From: Candidatus Cloacimonadales bacterium
Lineage (GTDB): Bacteria; Cloacimonadota; Cloacimonadia; Cloacimonadales; JAFGVF01
Assembly (NCBI GenBank): GCA_963678315.1
Contig: OY782781.1
Span: forward strand, 1,248,001 to 1,312,000
DNA length: 64,000 nt
Direction: 5' to 3'
In this document: in pieces, positions 61,801 through 64,000 of the stretch
Layout of the letters: every line of letters begins with the position of its first letter
Numbering within the stretch: position 1 is the stretch's first letter
Program-made: the position numbers and the translations under genes
Notes under the pieces: model-generated
The model's input: the letters and a program-made list of their open reading frames with translations, nothing else
Databases searched by the model: none
What the model was told of the DNA's origin: nothing

Positions 61801-63064
61801 TTAAACCATAACCAAAGTATTGGTCAAAGCCAGGAGTACCCAAATCTTCAGAAGTAGAATATAAAAGAGTCTTGACTTCTTCAAAATTAAGGTCTGGTTT
61901 ATATGAAAGAAGTAATCCGATTATTCCTGTAACATGAGGAGCAGCCATAGAGGTTCCAGACTGTTCTTGGTAGCCTCCATTTTCACTTTCTGGGTCATAA
62001 GTAGACATAATCTGAGAACCAGGAGCAACGACATCTAAGTCACTACCATAACTTGAAAAGGAAGACAGCATTTTATATCTATCAACAGAACCAACCGAAA
62101 TAACATTAGATAGTCTAGCAGGGTAACTCACAATTGGACCTGGATCATTACCTGAAGAAGCTACGAGGATAACACCATGGTCATAAGCATATTGGCAAGC
62201 ATCTGCAATAATTGGGGAATAGTTCTGGTCTCCCCAAGACATATTGATTACCTTTGCTCCCATATCTGTTGCATATATAAGAGAAGCAGATACATCGTCA
62301 TCTTGTAGGTAACCACCAGATGAAGTCATGAAACCACCTCTTACAGGAAGTAATCTTACATTCCACATAACGCCAGCAACTCCAATACCATTGTTTGTTT
62401 CAGCAGCAATAATTCCTGAAACGTGGGTACCATGATAGTTTTCATCACTTGGGTCGTTATCTCTCTCTATATAATCACCAAGAGCGATATTGTTTAAGAG
62501 AGGAGCATCTGCAAAATCCCAACCATGCACATCATCTATGTAGCCATTATTATCATCATCAATCCCATTATTTGGAATTTCACCTTCATTGACGTAAACT
62601 ACATTAGTTAAATCAGGGTGATTTAAAGCTATACCAGAATCAATAACAGCAACAATTATATCTTCACTACCTGTTGAGTATGCCCATGCATTAGGAATAT
62701 TACACAAGTTCAATAGTTGTTGCGGATAATAGGGGTCAGTAGTTCTTGAGTGAAATTTATTAATATAGTTAGGTTGAATAAAGTCTACATCAGGGTAACG
62801 CTCTTTACGACTTTCTATTTCTGATAAAGGAATATCTCTTTCTGTTTGTATTACAAAGTAACCATTATTGTTAGTTTCAGATACAGCTTTAATGCTTCTA
62901 ACACGATAAGACTTAATCCATCTAGAAAAGTCTGTATTAGCTTCTAAAGTAAAAGTATTTTCTCTATTGATAGTTTTTACAATAAGTTCATTTGGTGTGT
63001 AATTCAAAGCTACACAAGCAATAGTTACTAGTAATAATACAGAGGAAAAGAGATACTTCTTCAT
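58898..63064 (-). CDS. Secreted S8 subtilisin-like protease with FG-GAP-like, FN3 and Ig domains and a C-terminal sorting domain
   Basis: VAVIDSG, HGTHVSG, GTSMAAPH triad; DFDGNG/DYTGDG repeats; IYPNP...IYNLAG...LSSGTYFY tail. Confidence 0.92.
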   Translation of the reverse strand: MKKYLFSSVLLLVTIACVALNYTPNELIVKTINRENTFTLEANTDFSRWIKSYRVRSIKAVSETNNNGYFVIQTERDIPLSEIESRKERYPDVDFIQPNYINKFHSRTTDPYYPQQLLNLCNIPNAWAYSTGSEDIIVAVIDSGIALNHPDLTNVVYVNEGEIPNNGIDDDNNGYIDDVHGWDFADAPLLNNIALGDYIERDNDPSDENYHGTHVSGIIAAETNNGIGVAGVMWNVRLLPVRGGFMTSSGGYLQDDDVSASLIYATDMGAKVINMSWGDQNYSPIIADACQYAYDHGVILVASSGNDPGPIVSYPARLSNVISVGSVDRYKMLSSFSSYGSDLDVVAPGSQIMSTYDPESENGGYQEQSGTSMAAPHVTGIIGLLLSYKPDLNFEEVKTLLYSTSEDLGTPGFDQYFGYGLIDAEKLITTIENPYLAISYPHEEMGLSSDFDITGSIDVPDFFRYSVTYSTEQAPGQYDWYDCQTHNNSPIFYYEAVEDGFLKRFELEDELLDGEYRIRLSVQDKSGNVFNIIKHVTIDKSLPYLTDTIEYVERFNSNYKNHYIKMKYNEDVSIEVNIIDENGNNYSAFSSVADSVQYIQIPNNVPAGNIDIEVYATNRAGLTLYSGLLEDFATINNDETAITHYNVNNFSLPILATEKFVDFDGNGKNEFVSMFIENGTFGNVRIFEQNGNTFETKYQFTQKFRPLDIGNTNDIGYEVLATDQINGYVFESTEESVYPIDSYLQEIPNAIGGVFADYNGDNESNLICIVDDPDATVIKLYARQTSGFSEREVIYNPSPTDSRNIFVPNVKCTNLDGDIYPDILIADTDGDVMIFEKKPNIEDYLVWETRLNVGSCYYIDYGDYTGDGENEFVIGGYVRNQVNVNNSHFEFTIFKSDGNDSYYVLDTISLDSVGSNNSIAAYDMDGNGKEELFISVTPYLYTFEWDGEKMDAKAVHNSTDSFQINVYQQDEESDPILFCNQIQDEELISVKVTSRDYMNEPESPQGFTAVAIDETTVKLSWIQEANTSYEIYQRYNHPVYGIVEQLVGSQTESEFYDYNLTQGEDYYYAVKAINNNFPVAESYLTVWKKVIPDCLPEVISVTKVNDFFLNVEFNVPLDRYMTDIGHYTFDDADLLINSAILNEEFTVATLKLKSKLVNDSYTLYCRNIESSNGLISEYLEFDFENTADTRPPEVVNVDVVNKKEIVLEFSEMIKSVDSNTLTLENFELVRPFNDTDNSIVSVSLDQQNVFVRFQNNLKYSTQPYKIVIHNISDFSNNLMLLQSNTVQFSLTDINDLSKLQIYPNPVYTADGINEIKFTNIPLNARGKITIYNLAGDIVYDKNIGPFYGNEVYQWNLRNNAGKKLSSGTYFYIMQMKGSTKKGKIAILN

Positions 63065-63075
63065 TTTATAGTACC

Positions 63076-63978
63076 TTAGAATTTATAAGATAAACTTACT
63101 TTATGAACTGCATCTATATCATCTTTCATTTGCATATATGCATAATCAATGTTGAAAGAATCATAATCTATTCCTATACCATAGTTCATATCATTGACAT
63201 CATCATCAACTTTATAGCCAGTTCTTACATAAAGAATCTCAAAGACTTTAATTTGAGCACCAAAATTATATTGAACATCAGTATCATCTGCTTTATGAGC
63301 ATTAACATCGAAAGCTAAATCATAATTTGAGGTTAAAATTTCTTTGCTTAAGCCAATTTCATATCTTCTAAATAGATCTACTTTTTCTTGATCCATTTTT
63401 GAAGCACTACCTATATTCTTAGCTGTAATATATAATTTTGTATCTCTTAATGGAACAGACCAAACATAACCTAAATCTGCAGTTACCCCATAACTTGAAG
63501 CAGTATGTATTTTCTCATACAAGAAGTTAGCATTAATACCTACATAGTGGGTTGCTCCGAATCTATAAGCATAGTTAATAGTTCCAATAAGATCCATAGG
63601 AGCATATTCTCCGATAATCATTCCATTAGTATCACGTTCATCGATATCGCCATAACCTAAATGTTTGAAACCAATACCAAAGTGATATTTTCTTTTGTTA
63701 AGGGAATAAGCTCCACTTGTCATATCTGTATCTGCTAACCAAAAGTTTTGAGCTACACTAAGAATTCTACTTTTATTGAATAAACCTGCTGCTGGGTTAT
63801 TCATAAAGGTGAAAGCATCATCAACGATAAGTACACCTGTGTCACCCATGCCAGACATTGCTGTAGAAGGATTAATTTCTAGAACCTGGAAACCATACTC
63901 TCCAGCATTATCATGAACTGCATTTAACGATACAACTAAGCTAACTACTAGCACTATTAATAAATATATTTTTTTCAT
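63076..63978 (-). CDS. PorV/PorQ-family outer-membrane beta-barrel
   Basis: FQVLEINPSTAMSGMG, NPAAG, KNIG, C-terminal HKVSLSYKF. Confidence 0.8.
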   Translation of the reverse strand: MKKIYLLIVLVVSLVVSLNAVHDNAGEYGFQVLEINPSTAMSGMGDTGVLIVDDAFTFMNNPAAGLFNKSRILSVAQNFWLADTDMTSGAYSLNKRKYHFGIGFKHLGYGDIDERDTNGMIIGEYAPMDLIGTINYAYRFGATHYVGINANFLYEKIHTASSYGVTADLGYVWSVPLRDTKLYITAKNIGSASKMDQEKVDLFRRYEIGLSKEILTSNYDLAFDVNAHKADDTDVQYNFGAQIKVFEILYVRTGYKVDDDVNDMNYGIGIDYDSFNIDYAYMQMKDDIDAVHKVSLSYKF

Positions 63979-64000
63979 TTTATCCTCTATTTCTCTATTG

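Noticed and set aside
1028..63318. Numerous 60-110 aa ORFs nested in or antisense to long genes (e.g. 1028-1210, 7269-7496, 9765-10016, 45868-46191, 48602-48883, 63103-63318)
   Set aside because: They overlap well-supported CDSs and have no recognisable motifs.

Overview
AT-rich bacterial chromosome segment, most likely from a diderm of the FCB superphylum. Cloacimonadota is an inference from gingipain-like C25 and S8 proteins with FlgD/T9SS-type C-terminal sorting domains, a PorV-like gene and a two-subunit GlyRS alpha gene. In order, the window holds: the 5' end of an IS transposase; a six-gene operon (681-4465) with four 2[4Fe-4S] ferredoxin-like proteins that all carry Sec/lipoprotein-type N-termini (one also has a T9SS-type sorting tail), an outer-membrane beta-barrel and a DsbD/CcdA-like membrane protein; a C25-family protein apparently lacking catalytic residues; a tRNA Ser-Ser-Gln cluster; a large modular surface protein; an accessory region (about 15.8-28.7 kb) bounded by tRNA-Arg(CCG) and two decayed copies of its 3' half, carrying RloAB-like defence genes, Amt, a CPA antiporter-PTS EIIA fusion, an orphan MNT and gene remnants; an orphan CrtI-family desaturase; a Wzx/Wzy polysaccharide locus; a GH133/GT4/GH57 glycogen cluster; and housekeeping genes (acyl-CoA synthetase, hisC-like, parvulin, glyQ, nadD, bamD, cpoB-like, M18 peptidase, Gre factor, S8 protease, PorV-like). 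Intergenic spaces contain mosaics of REP-like palindromes. The best candidate for an undescribed system is the exported Fe-S/beta-barrel/DsbD operon, which may be a heme-free electron conduit across the envelope. All calls come from motif reading by eye; no searches were run.
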